Below, piece after piece: positions 19,753 to 29,155 of a stretch of 64,000 nucleotides of DNA; the first letter of the stretch is position 1; each line of letters begins with the position of its first letter. The position numbers were made by a program, and so were the translations under genes. Source of the stretch: Bacilli bacterium (GTDB taxonomy: Bacteria > Bacillota_I > Bacilli_A > RF39 > UBA660). The stretch covers positions 6,516-70,515 of the forward strand of contig JAFRHI010000005.1 in NCBI GenBank assembly GCA_017433415.1, in the 5' to 3' direction. The notes under the pieces are model-generated. The model worked only from the letters and a program-made list of their open reading frames with translations, ran no database searches and was not told the DNA's origin.

Positions 19753-20880
19753 TTAATAAGTTCTAATTGGTAATACAAGTTGTGTTAAAGTTTCATCCTC
19801 TGTTGATTTTATCAAAATAGGTTTTATTTCACCAACAAAATGTAAATCCACAGAATCTGTTGAAAAACTTTTTAATGCTTCCATCATATATTTAGCACTG
19901 AATGAAATTTTTATATCTTCGTCGTTATTTTTATTTATAACCATTTTTTCTTCTACACGCCCTATTTCTGCTGAACTACTACGTAAAACTAAAGTATTTC
20001 CATTAGTTTCTAATGTAACTATATTTTTTTCTTTATCACTAGTCAAAATACTAACTCTATCAATAACACTATAGAAATTATTCAAATTAGTACTAATAAC
20101 TAATAAAGCCTCATCTGGCAATAGATTTGAAGTGTTTGGATATGTGCCATTAATCAATCTTGATTCAAATTTTAAATTACCTGTTTTAAATAATATTTTA
20201 TTGCTAAATACATGTAATTCAACATTATCAGTATCATCGTCTAATATTTTTGTAAATTCCAATAAATTATGACTAGGTATTACAATATTATAATTTTCTT
20301 CAGATTCTTTATTTAATTTCACAACTTTTCTAGCTAATCTATAAGAATCTGTAGAATTACACTCCAAAATATCACCAACAATATTGAAATTAATTCCAGT
20401 TAAAACTGGTTTTGTTTCCTCATTTGAAGAAGCAAATGCTGTTTGAAAAACTATACTCTTTAAAGTTCCAGCGGATATATCTATTTTCTTCTTACTTTCT
20501 TCTAAACCAATATTAGGATATTCACTATCACTAATTCCATTAAGATTAAATTCACTATTTTCAGTATAAATAAGAATTTTTAATTCATCTATAACTTCTA
20601 AATTAATATATTCTTCAGGTAATTTTCTAACTATATCTAATATATATTTACCTTGAATAATAATACTTCCTTCACTCTCAATTTTAAAATCATCTGAATT
20701 ATCAGCATCTATAATAGTTTGGATAGTAATATCATTATCACTAGCTGTTAAAGTTAGTTTTTTCTTTTTTAATTCAAATTTAATACCAGCAAGTACAGGA
20801 ATTAAATTTTTTGTAGAAATAGCTTTTGATACTTTTATTAAAGCTTCTAATAACAATTGTTTTTTTATTGAAAATTTCAT
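19753..20880 (-). CDS. dnaN: DNA polymerase III beta sliding clamp
   Basis: 375 aa, directly downstream of dnaA. The length, the N-terminus MKFSIKKQLLLEAL and the C-terminus LVLPIRTY are typical of a beta clamp. Confidence 0.95.
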   Translation of the reverse strand: MKFSIKKQLLLEALIKVSKAISTKNLIPVLAGIKFELKKKKLTLTASDNDITIQTIIDADNSDDFKIESEGSIIIQGKYILDIVRKLPEEYINLEVIDELKILIYTENSEFNLNGISDSEYPNIGLEESKKKIDISAGTLKSIVFQTAFASSNEETKPVLTGINFNIVGDILECNSTDSYRLARKVVKLNKESEENYNIVIPSHNLLEFTKILDDDTDNVELHVFSNKILFKTGNLKFESRLINGTYPNTSNLLPDEALLVISTNLNNFYSVIDRVSILTSDKEKNIVTLETNGNTLVLRSSSAEIGRVEEKMVINKNNDEDIKISFSAKYMMEALKSFSTDSVDLHFVGEIKPILIKSTEDETLTQLVLPIRTY

Positions 20881-20983
20881 ATATATATTCCTTCTTTCTT
20901 TTAAATTATTTCTATTATTATAGTGGAAAAAGTTAAAAAATCAATTTTTCCTTTATTATTCAAAGACTTAGCAATTTTTTTAT

Positions 20984-20992
20984 TGTGGATAA
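20984..20992. promoter_or_regulatory. perfect DnaA box in the dnaA-dnaN spacer
   Basis: TGTGGATAA is the reverse complement of TTATCCACA. The surrounding spacer (20881-21013) is AT-rich. Confidence 0.7.
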
Positions 20993-21013
20993 TTATTTAA
21001 AAACTCCTTTTTT

Positions 21014-22393
21014 TTACACAATGCCTATATCCTTTTTTAATTTTTCAATAATATTTGCTAAATCTTTGTTATTTTTAATTTCTTTTTCAATTTTCTCAAC
21101 AGAATGCATTACAGTAGTATGATCTTTACCACCAAACTCTGTTCCTATTCTAGGAAAAGATTCACTAGTCAATGTTCTACACAAATACATAGCAATCTGC
21201 CTTGGAAAAGAAATATTAGAACTTCTTTTTTTACTCCTTATATCTTCAACAGTTATCTGAAAATATTCCGAAACTATTTTTTGAATTCTAGAAATATCAT
21301 CCTTTTCCCCTATTCCTTTACTAATAAAATCTTGTAGAGCATCAATAGCTAAATCTAAAGTAATATCTTTACCACCCCAAATAGCTGAATATGCTAAAAC
21401 CCTTGTAATAGCACCTTCTAATTGCCTAACATCTGGGCCTATATTAGAAGCAATATATTCAATTACATCATCTGGTATATCTTGTTCAAAATTTCCTGCA
21501 ACAATCTTCTTTTTTAAAATTTCCATTTTTAAAGCAAAATCTGGAGGAAATATATTTACTGTTAATCCCCAAGTAAATCGAGTTTTTAAACGTTCTCCGA
21601 ATGATTTAAAATCATTTGGAGATTTATCTGATGAAATAATAATTTGTTTACTATCATTATATAAATTATTAAAAGTATGAAAAAATTCTTCTTGAGATTT
21701 TTCAGCCCCATTTAAAAATTGAATATCATCAATAATTAATACATCAATATTTCGATATTTTTCTTTAAAAAAATCGACATAATTAAAATTTGTACCCGAA
21801 GAATCCTTTTTATTAGCTTGAACAAAATCTTTTATAAATTGTTCACTAGTAACATATAACACCTTTTTATCAGAATTCTCCGTAATATAGTTACCAATAG
21901 CATGCATTAAATGAGTCTTACCTAATCCACTATTTCCATATAAAAATAAAGGATTATACATTTTTCCAGGATTTTCAGCAACACTTAAAGCAGCTGCATG
22001 AGCAAATTTATTACTATTTCCAACAATAAAATTATCAAAAACATATTTTTTATTAAGATTAGAATTAATATTAGTGTTAGTATCAATCGAAGAAACAACA
22101 TCTTTTTCTTCTTTAATTAAGTTAATACTACTATTTTTTTCTTCTATTTCTTCTTTTAAAGTAAAAATCAAATCATAATTAAAACCAAATTCTTCATTTA
22201 ATTTATTAGAAATAAGATCATAATAATTGTCATTTAAATGTTTTTTGTGAATTGGCATAGGGACAATAATATATGCTTTATCCTCTTCCAACTTAAATAA
22301 TTCTGTATCCGCAAACCACGTATTATAAGATAGAGAAGTTAGTTCGTCTTTTATTTGATTAAGAATTTTAGACCATATAATATCTATATTCAT
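21014..22393 (-). CDS. dnaA: chromosomal replication initiator protein DnaA
   Basis: Carries AAA+ Walker A GNSGLGKTHLMHA and the domain IV DNA-binding helix (FGGKDHTTVMHS). I moved the start to ATG 22391-22393 (MNIDIIWSKILNQI), six codons inside the ORF-track start. Confidence 0.95.
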   Translation of the reverse strand: MNIDIIWSKILNQIKDELTSLSYNTWFADTELFKLEEDKAYIIVPMPIHKKHLNDNYYDLISNKLNEEFGFNYDLIFTLKEEIEEKNSSINLIKEEKDVVSSIDTNTNINSNLNKKYVFDNFIVGNSNKFAHAAALSVAENPGKMYNPLFLYGNSGLGKTHLMHAIGNYITENSDKKVLYVTSEQFIKDFVQANKKDSSGTNFNYVDFFKEKYRNIDVLIIDDIQFLNGAEKSQEEFFHTFNNLYNDSKQIIISSDKSPNDFKSFGERLKTRFTWGLTVNIFPPDFALKMEILKKKIVAGNFEQDIPDDVIEYIASNIGPDVRQLEGAITRVLAYSAIWGGKDITLDLAIDALQDFISKGIGEKDDISRIQKIVSEYFQITVEDIRSKKRSSNISFPRQIAMYLCRTLTSESFPRIGTEFGGKDHTTVMHSVEKIEKEIKNNKDLANIIEKLKKDIGIV

Positions 22394-22478
22394 CGAACCA
22401 TCTCCCCACAAGAATCATTAACAAAATTTATTCTACATTAATTTAAAAAAAAAAGGAATACAAAATTACTATTTTTTT

Positions 22479-22610
22479 TAATCCACAAAAAATCCACATG
22501 ATTATCCACAGATAATTTGTCGAAATAAAAGGAAATAAAACACTTTTCCACATTTTCCACAAATTTTTATTAACATATGTAGAAAAAATAATTAACATAC
22601 TTGTGGAAAT
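22479..22610. promoter_or_regulatory. oriC DnaA-box cluster (dnaA-rpmH spacer)
   Basis: Six box-like 9-mers: TAATCCACA 22479-22487, AAATCCACA 22490-22498, TTATCCACA 22502-22510 (perfect), TTTTCCACA 22544-22552 and 22553-22561, and TGTGGAAAT 22602-22610 (inverted). Gene orientation diverges here. Confidence 0.85.
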
Positions 22611-22652
22611 TGTTAATTATAAAAAAATAAAAATCAAATTAATAAGTTTTAA

Positions 22653-22682
22653 TTGACAAAATCACCATAATATTATTATAAT
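22653..22682 (+). promoter_or_regulatory. candidate sigma-A promoter of rpmH
   Basis: TTGACA (22653-22658), then 18 nt, then TATAAT (22677-22682), about 30 nt upstream of the rpmH start. Confidence 0.5.
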
Positions 22683-22712
22683 AATGTAGATTTATGTCTG
22701 GAGGTGTAACAA

Positions 22713-22835
22713 ATGAAAAGAACATATCAACCAAATAATCGTAAAAAATCAAAAAGACTTGGTTTTTTCGCACGAAAAAAAACAAATATATTAAATCGTC
22801 GTCGTCGTAAAGGTCGTAAAGTACTTTGCAAATAA
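22713..22835 (+). CDS. rpmH: 50S ribosomal protein L34
   Basis: Missing from the ORF track because it is only 40 aa. My translation is MKRTYQPNNRKKSKRLGFFARKKTNILNRRRRKGRKVLCK. A GGAGGTG RBS lies at 22700-22706. Confidence 0.95.
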   Translation: MKRTYQPNNRKKSKRLGFFARKKTNILNRRRRKGRKVLCK

Positions 22836-22838
22836 AAT

Positions 22839-22863
22839 ACCGCTGCTAAACAGTGGTTTTTTA
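22839..22863 (+). terminator. hairpin plus T-run between rpmH and rnpA (partial terminator/attenuator)
   Basis: ACCGCTG-ctaaa-CAGTGGT followed by TTTTTT. rnpA starts 20 nt later, so some read-through is required. Confidence 0.5.
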
Positions 22864-22882
22864 CTATAAAAGGATTGATAAT

Positions 22883-23218
22883 ATGAAAAAAAAAGAAATT
22901 GTTAAGAATTCATGGGAATTTGAAGATATAATCAAAAATGGTAAATGTATAAAGAATAAATATTATGTGATTCACTATAAAGAAAACAAATTATCATATG
23001 ACCGTTATGGAATATCTGTAAGTAAAAAATTAGGAAATGCTGTTTTCAGGAATAAATATAAAAGAAAAATAAGATCAATTATAGATAATTATAAAAAAAG
23101 CTATGTTAATTCTAATGATTATATTATAATATTAAGGAAAGAAGCAATCCAAAAATCACATAGTATTCTAGAAAGTGAATTCTTTGCTTTAATGAATAAT
23201 CAAAAGAAAGGAATTTAA
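22883..23218 (+). CDS. rnpA: ribonuclease P protein component
   Basis: Carries the RNR-type motif KKLGNAVFRNKYKRKIR. I chose the ATG at 22883 (MKKKEIVKN) as the start. The ORF-track start at 22853 lies inside the rpmH terminator. Confidence 0.9.
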   Translation: MKKKEIVKNSWEFEDIIKNGKCIKNKYYVIHYKENKLSYDRYGISVSKKLGNAVFRNKYKRKIRSIIDNYKKSYVNSNDYIIILRKEAIQKSHSILESEFFALMNNQKKGI

Positions 23219-23219
23219 A

Positions 23220-24155
23220 ATGACAAAAAATAAAAGAAAAATAAAAATTATAATAGTACTTGCCCTATTACTTTTAACAACAGGATGTACAAAAACATTA
23301 ACTGACAATAATAAAAAACCAGTTAGAAATGAATTAACTGGTCAAACTTTAACAAAAAACATAATATGTAAACCAACAAATAAGAAAACATCAGAAATTT
23401 ATAAAAAATACAAAGTAAATATTGATAAATTACCAGAATGCAAAGATTTTAAAATAACATCTGGAAAATATGAAGGGTTATGGACAAGTTTCTTTGTAAA
23501 ACCACTTGCTTATATTCTTTTGCGTTTAGGAAGATTTGTTAAAAACTATGGTGTATCAGTAATTATAGTTAGTTTAATAATAAGATTAATTGCTTTTCCT
23601 ATCACAAAAAAAACAGCCATGCAGTCAGAAATGATGAAAAAAGTTCAACCTGAACTAAATAGAATTCAAAAAAAATATGAGAATAAAAAAGATCAAGAAT
23701 CAATGATAAAACAAAATCAAGAAATGATGGCTATTTATAAAAAATATAATGTAAGTCCAATGTCTGGTTGCTTATTTGCCATGATTCAATTACCTATCTT
23801 TGTTGCTTTTTTCGAAGCTGTCCAAAGAACACCAGTAATATTTGAAGATAAATTTTTAGGATTACAATTAGGAACAACTCCATCAGTAGGAGTAACTAGT
23901 ATAACATTCTATTCATATATAGTATTAATGGTTTTAATAGCTGCAACAACATTTTTCTCATTCAAAATGAATTCTGCTGGTAATTCAGATGATCCAACAA
24001 TGAAAATGATGCCAGTCATGATGTCTATAACTATTATCATTACAGCAATGTTTATGCCAACAGGATTAGGAATATATTGGGTAACATCAAATTTATTCAC
24101 AATTGGTCAAAATATATTAGTTAAAAGGAGTAAAAAAGCACATGGAAAAGCATAA
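23220..24155 (+). CDS. yidC: membrane protein insertase YidC/SpoIIIJ (lipoprotein type)
   Basis: 311 aa with lipobox LLLTTGC, the conserved insertase core and a basic tail. Confidence 0.9.
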   Translation: MTKNKRKIKIIIVLALLLLTTGCTKTLTDNNKKPVRNELTGQTLTKNIICKPTNKKTSEIYKKYKVNIDKLPECKDFKITSGKYEGLWTSFFVKPLAYILLRLGRFVKNYGVSVIIVSLIIRLIAFPITKKTAMQSEMMKKVQPELNRIQKKYENKKDQESMIKQNQEMMAIYKKYNVSPMSGCLFAMIQLPIFVAFFEAVQRTPVIFEDKFLGLQLGTTPSVGVTSITFYSYIVLMVLIAATTFFSFKMNSAGNSDDPTMKMMPVMMSITIIITAMFMPTGLGIYWVTSNLFTIGQNILVKRSKKAHGKA

Positions 24156-24756
24156 CTATGTAGGAAAAACAAAAGAAGAAGCTATACAATTAGCTAAAGA
24201 AGAATTACAAGAGGTTGAAGAAAATTTATTTATAAAAGAATTAGAGTCAACAAAAGGCGGATTATTCAAAAGTAAAAAAGTAGAAATAGAAGTTATAGAA
24301 AAAAGAGAAGTTGTAAAAGGAATAAAAGATTACCTATTAAAAATATTAAAAGCTATGGGATATAATGTGAACATTGAAGTTAAAAATAAGGAAGAAGTTC
24401 CAAAATACATTATTTTTTCTGATAATGATGCTTTATTAATAGGGAAAAATGGTAAAAATTTAAAAGCTTTATCAACAATAGTTAGTCAATACTTAAATAC
24501 AGAATTAGGAAAAAATTATAAATTTATTATAGATGTTAATGAATACAAAGAAAAAAGAGAACATTCTCTAGAAAGATTAGCAAAAAGAATAGCTAGAGAA
24601 GTTGCTCAAACAAAAGTAGAAGTAAAACTAGATTCAATGAATTCATATGAAAGAAGAATTATTCATAATATATTAACTAATAATAAAAAAGTTTATACAG
24701 AAAGCGAAGGAGAAGAACCAAATCGCTATGTTGTAATAAAACCAAAAGAAGATTAA
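24142..24756 (+). CDS. jag: RNA-binding protein Jag/KhpB (Jag_N-KH-R3H)
   Basis: 204 aa with a KH region (IGKNGKNLKAL) and R3H (YERRIIHNIL). It follows yidC, as in most Bacillota. Confidence 0.9.
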   Translation: MEKHNYVGKTKEEAIQLAKEELQEVEENLFIKELESTKGGLFKSKKVEIEVIEKREVVKGIKDYLLKILKAMGYNVNIEVKNKEEVPKYIIFSDNDALLIGKNGKNLKALSTIVSQYLNTELGKNYKFIIDVNEYKEKREHSLERLAKRIAREVAQTKVEVKLDSMNSYERRIIHNILTNNKKVYTESEGEEPNRYVVIKPKED

Positions 24757-24770
24757 TAATCTTCTTTTTT
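24747..24770 (+). terminator. intrinsic terminator after jag
   Basis: AGAAGATT-aat-AATCTTCT followed by a T-run. It overlaps the jag stop codon. Confidence 0.7.
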
Positions 24771-24914
24771 TACACTATTGACAGCTAATTATAATAAAAA
24801 AGCAATTACAAATGTAAAAAAATGATATCATTATAATAATATGGGGTATTATGGAGAAAAAATAGCTTCTTTTTTTAAATTGTGCTATAATATACCGGAA
24901 AAAGGAGGGATACT

Positions 24915-26276
24915 ATGAATGATACAATTTGTGCAATATCAACTTCTCAAGGAGTAGGAGCAATTTCAATTGTTCGTGTATCTGGAGAAGAAGCAATTGA
25001 AAAAGTAAATAATATCTTCAAAGGAAAAGATTTAACAAAAGTAAATACACACACAATAAATTATGGTCACATTGTTGATAAAAAAGAGATAATTGATGAA
25101 GTTTTAGTATCCGTAATGAAATCTCCAAAGACTTTCACAACAGAAGATATAGTAGAAATAAATACCCACGGCGGAATAGCTTCAACAAATAGAGTATTAG
25201 AATTATTATTAGAAAATGGTTGTCGTCTAGCTGAACCAGGAGAATTTACTAAAAGAGCTTTTTTAAACGGTAGAATTGATCTACTTGAAGCAGAAGCTGT
25301 TATGGACATGATTGATGCAAAAACAGAAACACAGCTAAAGATGGCAGTTAATCAAATAGATGGAAAAACATCCTCATTAATAAATGAATTACGTGATGAT
25401 ATGATCCAAATAATAAGCAATATCAACGTAAATATAGATTATCCAGAATATGATGATGTTGAAATAATTACCAATGACATATTAAAACCAAAAATTAGTA
25501 AATTAAAAGACAGGATAAAAAAAATATTAAAAGAATCAGAAAATGGCAAAATAATAAAAGAGGGAATTAATACATCAATAATAGGAAGACCAAATGTCGG
25601 AAAAAGTTCATTATTAAACGCTTTATTAGAAGAAGAAAAAGCAATTGTCACTAATATTGCCGGAACAACTAGAGATATAGTTGAAGGCCAAATATCCATT
25701 AATGGAATAGTATTAAATATAATAGATACAGCAGGAATAAGAAAAACAGAAGATATTATTGAAGCAATTGGTGTAGAGAAAAGTCTAAGAATAATGGAAG
25801 AAGCAGATTTAATTTTATTAATGCTAAATAACAATGAAGAATTATCAAAAGAAGTCGAAGAATTAATAGAAAAAATAAAAAATAAAAAGTACTTAATACT
25901 AATAAATAAGATTGATTTAGAAAACAAATTAGATAGAACTAAATTATTACTAAATTCTAATAAAATAATAGAATTAAGTATCACTGAAAATAAAGGTATT
26001 GATAAATTAAAAGAAAAAATAATAGAAATGTTCAATCTAAATGAATTAGAAACCAAAGATCCTACATATTTAAGTAATACAAGAAGTATAAGTATTTTAA
26101 AGAGATGTCTAAAAAGTATAGAAGATATAGAAATAGCAATAGAAAAAAATATGCCAATAGATATGATTGAATTAGATATAAAGAATATATGGGAAGAATT
26201 AGGAACAATTAATGGTTCAACATACGAAGAAGAATTATTAGATGAAATGTTTAAAAGATTTTGTTTAGGAAAATAA
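24915..26276 (+). CDS. mnmE: tRNA modification GTPase MnmE
   Basis: 453 aa with G1 GRPNVGKSSLLN, G3 DTAG and the C-terminal CLGK motif. Confidence 0.95.
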   Translation: MNDTICAISTSQGVGAISIVRVSGEEAIEKVNNIFKGKDLTKVNTHTINYGHIVDKKEIIDEVLVSVMKSPKTFTTEDIVEINTHGGIASTNRVLELLLENGCRLAEPGEFTKRAFLNGRIDLLEAEAVMDMIDAKTETQLKMAVNQIDGKTSSLINELRDDMIQIISNINVNIDYPEYDDVEIITNDILKPKISKLKDRIKKILKESENGKIIKEGINTSIIGRPNVGKSSLLNALLEEEKAIVTNIAGTTRDIVEGQISINGIVLNIIDTAGIRKTEDIIEAIGVEKSLRIMEEADLILLMLNNNEELSKEVEELIEKIKNKKYLILINKIDLENKLDRTKLLLNSNKIIELSITENKGIDKLKEKIIEMFNLNELETKDPTYLSNTRSISILKRCLKSIEDIEIAIEKNMPIDMIELDIKNIWEELGTINGSTYEEELLDEMFKRFCLGK

Positions 26277-26289
26277 AGAAGGTGAAAAA

Positions 26290-28161
26290 ATGGTAGAAAT
26301 AATAGTAGTAGTAGGTGCAGGACATGCAGGATGTGAAGCAGCCTATGCTGCTGCTAAAAAAGGTCATAAAACACTACTAATTACTAGTAATATTAATAAT
26401 ATTGCTGATATGCCATGTAATCCCCATATTGGTGGTAGTGCTAAAGGTATAGTTGTTAGAGAAATAGATGCTCTAGGTGGAATTATGGGTAAAATTGCCG
26501 ATAAAACTCATCTTCAAATAAAAATGCTAAATAGCGCCAAAGGACCAGCTGTTCAGTCATTAAGAGCTCAAGGAGATAAAGTAACCTATCCACAAGAAAT
26601 GTTAAAAACTCTAAAAACTCTTGATACTCTTGAAATAAAAGAAGCAATGGTTGAAGATCTAATTATTGAAGATAATACTGTAAAAGGAGTAATATTAGAA
26701 AGCAACGAAAGAATAGAATCAAAAATAGTCATTTTAACGACAGGAACATACTTAAAAGCCGATATTTTAGTAGGAAATACTAGGACAAGACAAGGACCAC
26801 ATGGAGAAAAACCATCCCTTCATCTAAGTGATAAATTAAGAGAATATGGCTTTGAAATTAAAAGACTAAAAACAGGAACTCCTCAAAGAATTGATAGAAA
26901 GACAATAGATTTTTCCAAAACAAGAATCGAACCGGGAGATAATAAGTATTTAACATTTAGTTTTGATCTAGAACCACAATACAAAATAGAAGATCAATTA
27001 CCATGTTACTTAACATATACAACAGAAGAAACACATAGGATAATTAGAGAAAATCTAAACAAATCATCAATGTATGGTGCTCTAGATGATATTGAAGGAA
27101 TTGGCCCAAGATATTGTCCATCAATAGAAGATAAAGTAGTAAGATTTGCCGATAAGGAGAGACATCAATTATTTATTGAACCTGAAAGTAAATATTATGA
27201 TGATATGTATCTTCAAGGTTTTTCAACATCAATGCCAAAAGAGGTTCAAGATTTAATGGTTCATTCATTACCAGGATTTGAAAAAGCTAAAATATTAAAA
27301 TATGGCTATGCAATCGAATATGATGCTATTTATCCTACTCAATTAAATGCTTCATTAGAAACAAAAATAATCAAAAATTTATATACAGCAGGGCAAATAA
27401 ATGGAACTAGTGGCTATGAAGAAGCCGCTTGTCAAGGACTAATGGCAGGAATAAATGCAAGTTTAAAATTAGAAGGAAAAGAACCTCTAATTTTAAAAAG
27501 AAATGAAGCATACATAGGAGTTTTAATTGATGATTTAATAACAAAAGGAATTAGAGACCCATATCGCTTATTAACGAGTAGAGCAGAATTTAGATTAATT
27601 TTAAGAAGTGATAATGCTGATCAAAGATTGAGAAGATATGGTTATGAAGTAGGTTTAATTGATAAAGAACAAATATCACGTTTAAATCAAAAAGAAAAAG
27701 AGATAGAAGAATGTTTAAACTGGTTAAAAGAAACACGTTTAAAAATAACCTCTGAAGCAAAAAAAATATTTGTAGAAAATAATATTCCTATTCCAAATGC
27801 AACTATGACTTTTGAAAACTTATTAAAAAGACCTGAGATCACTGTGGAATTTCTAGAAAAATTTCAAGAATTTCCATACAGAGAAGAAATAAAAGAACAA
27901 GTAGAAATATTTCTAAAATATGAAGGATATATTATAAAAGCATATAAAGAGGCAGAAAAACTTTCAAAATTAGAAAAAAAGCAAATTCCTACTGATATTG
28001 ATTATGATAGAGTAAAAAATCTTGCTTCAGAAGCAAGACAAAAACTAAAAGAAGTTAGACCAAGAACAATTGCCCAAGCTATAAGGATTAGTGGAGTCAA
28101 TCCTTCAGATATTTCAATCCTTTCAGTATACTTAAAAAAGGAGTATGGAAAAGATGACTAA
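26290..28161 (+). CDS. mnmG: tRNA uridine 5-carboxymethylaminomethyl modification enzyme MnmG
   Basis: 623 aa with the FAD-binding motif VGAGHAGCEAA. The mnmE-mnmG-rsmG order is conserved. Confidence 0.95.
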   Translation: MVEIIVVVGAGHAGCEAAYAAAKKGHKTLLITSNINNIADMPCNPHIGGSAKGIVVREIDALGGIMGKIADKTHLQIKMLNSAKGPAVQSLRAQGDKVTYPQEMLKTLKTLDTLEIKEAMVEDLIIEDNTVKGVILESNERIESKIVILTTGTYLKADILVGNTRTRQGPHGEKPSLHLSDKLREYGFEIKRLKTGTPQRIDRKTIDFSKTRIEPGDNKYLTFSFDLEPQYKIEDQLPCYLTYTTEETHRIIRENLNKSSMYGALDDIEGIGPRYCPSIEDKVVRFADKERHQLFIEPESKYYDDMYLQGFSTSMPKEVQDLMVHSLPGFEKAKILKYGYAIEYDAIYPTQLNASLETKIIKNLYTAGQINGTSGYEEAACQGLMAGINASLKLEGKEPLILKRNEAYIGVLIDDLITKGIRDPYRLLTSRAEFRLILRSDNADQRLRRYGYEVGLIDKEQISRLNQKEKEIEECLNWLKETRLKITSEAKKIFVENNIPIPNATMTFENLLKRPEITVEFLEKFQEFPYREEIKEQVEIFLKYEGYIIKAYKEAEKLSKLEKKQIPTDIDYDRVKNLASEARQKLKEVRPRTIAQAIRISGVNPSDISILSVYLKKEYGKDD

Positions 28162-28789
28162 GGAAGAATTTATAAAAGCTTTAAAAGAAATAGGAATAAA
28201 CATTAGTAGTGAACAATTGCAACAATTGAATGAGTTTTATCAGATATTATTGGAATGGAATAAAAAAATCAATTTAACAAGAATAACATCAGAGAAAGAA
28301 GTTTATTTAAAACATTTTTATGACAGTTTAACCCTAAATAAAGTTGTTTCTCTTGAAAAAATAAAAACAGTTTGTGATGTGGGTACAGGAGCAGGATTTC
28401 CAGGTATAGTTTTAAAAATATGTTTTCCACATCTAAAAATAACATTAGTTGATTCATTACAAAAAAGAATAAACTACCTTAATTATGTAATAAACCAATT
28501 AAACTTAAAAGATATAGAGGCTATTCATACAAGAGGAGAAGAATTCAGTGGAAAATATGAATTAGTAACTGCTAGAGCAGTGGCTAATATTGAAAAACTA
28601 TTAGGTTACACAATGCATTTGGTAGATAAAAATGGTATATTTGTTGCTATGAAAGGAAATATAGAAGATGAATTAACACCACAAATTAGTAAAAAAATAG
28701 AATCTAAGTATAAAATTATAAAAATAGAAAAATTTAAATTACCCCAAGAAGAAAGTCAAAGAAGTCTAATATTAATAAAAAATAAATAA
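28154..28789 (+). CDS. rsmG: 16S rRNA (guanine527-N7)-methyltransferase
   Basis: Carries the SAM motif DVGTGAGFPG. I moved the start to ATG 28154 because GGAG at 28139-28142 is too close to the ATG at 28145. Confidence 0.9.
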   Translation: MTKEEFIKALKEIGINISSEQLQQLNEFYQILLEWNKKINLTRITSEKEVYLKHFYDSLTLNKVVSLEKIKTVCDVGTGAGFPGIVLKICFPHLKITLVDSLQKRINYLNYVINQLNLKDIEAIHTRGEEFSGKYELVTARAVANIEKLLGYTMHLVDKNGIFVAMKGNIEDELTPQISKKIESKYKIIKIEKFKLPQEESQRSLILIKNK

Positions 28790-28852
28790 AGCACGATATT
28801 GCTTAATAGCTAAAAAAAATATTATAATTGCATCATAATAGGAGGTCTAGTT

Positions 28853-29060
28853 ATGAAAACACTAATGATGGCAATTATAATTTTTAATTCTAATAAATAT
28901 CTTTATTTTAACTGAAGTTTTTTGGTTATCTCTTCCTTGGTGGATCTATATATTATTAGTAGGATGTATATTAATTGCTTTTGCTATAAAAAATGAAATA
29001 TCAGAAAAGAACACTAAAAAGAGTTCTTTAAAAGAACTAGCAGAAAAAATGAATTTATAA
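28853..29060 (+). pseudogene. small two-TM membrane protein gene split by a frameshift at a T5 run
   Basis: A strong RBS (AGGAGGT) precedes ATG 28853, giving MKTLMMAIIIFNSNKYLYFN then TGA at 28913-28915. The +1 frame continues FLILINIFILTEVFWLSLPWWIYILLVGCILIAFAIKNEISEKNTKKSSLKELAEKMNL to TAA at 29058-29060. Removing one T from T5 (28881-28885) fuses them into a 68-aa ORF. Confidence 0.35.
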
Positions 29061-29155
29061 TCCATTTTATAAAAATATGTTGAAATAAAAACAAAAATAA
29101 ACTATAATGCTATTATAGGAAGAATATAAAAAGAATAAAAAGAGAGGTGAAATCT

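Noticed and set aside
25439-26056. 205-aa minus-strand ORF inside mnmE
   Set aside because: It is antisense to an unambiguous mnmE and has low-complexity Ser/Ile/Phe/Leu-rich sequence with no RBS. This is the typical open antisense frame of an AT-rich gene. The same reasoning applies to the other short antisense or overlapping ORFs in the track, such as 1477-1683, 3553-3819, 5407-5667, 13933-14280, 14458-14736, 33376-33723, 38333-38662 and 43082-43387.
28913-28915. TGA read as Trp (Mollicutes code 4) to extend the small ORF at 28853
   Set aside because: rpiB and other genes in the window terminate naturally at TGA. Trp is encoded by TGG throughout. Reading through gives a non-membrane, implausible peptide, whereas the +1 frame gives a coherent membrane protein.
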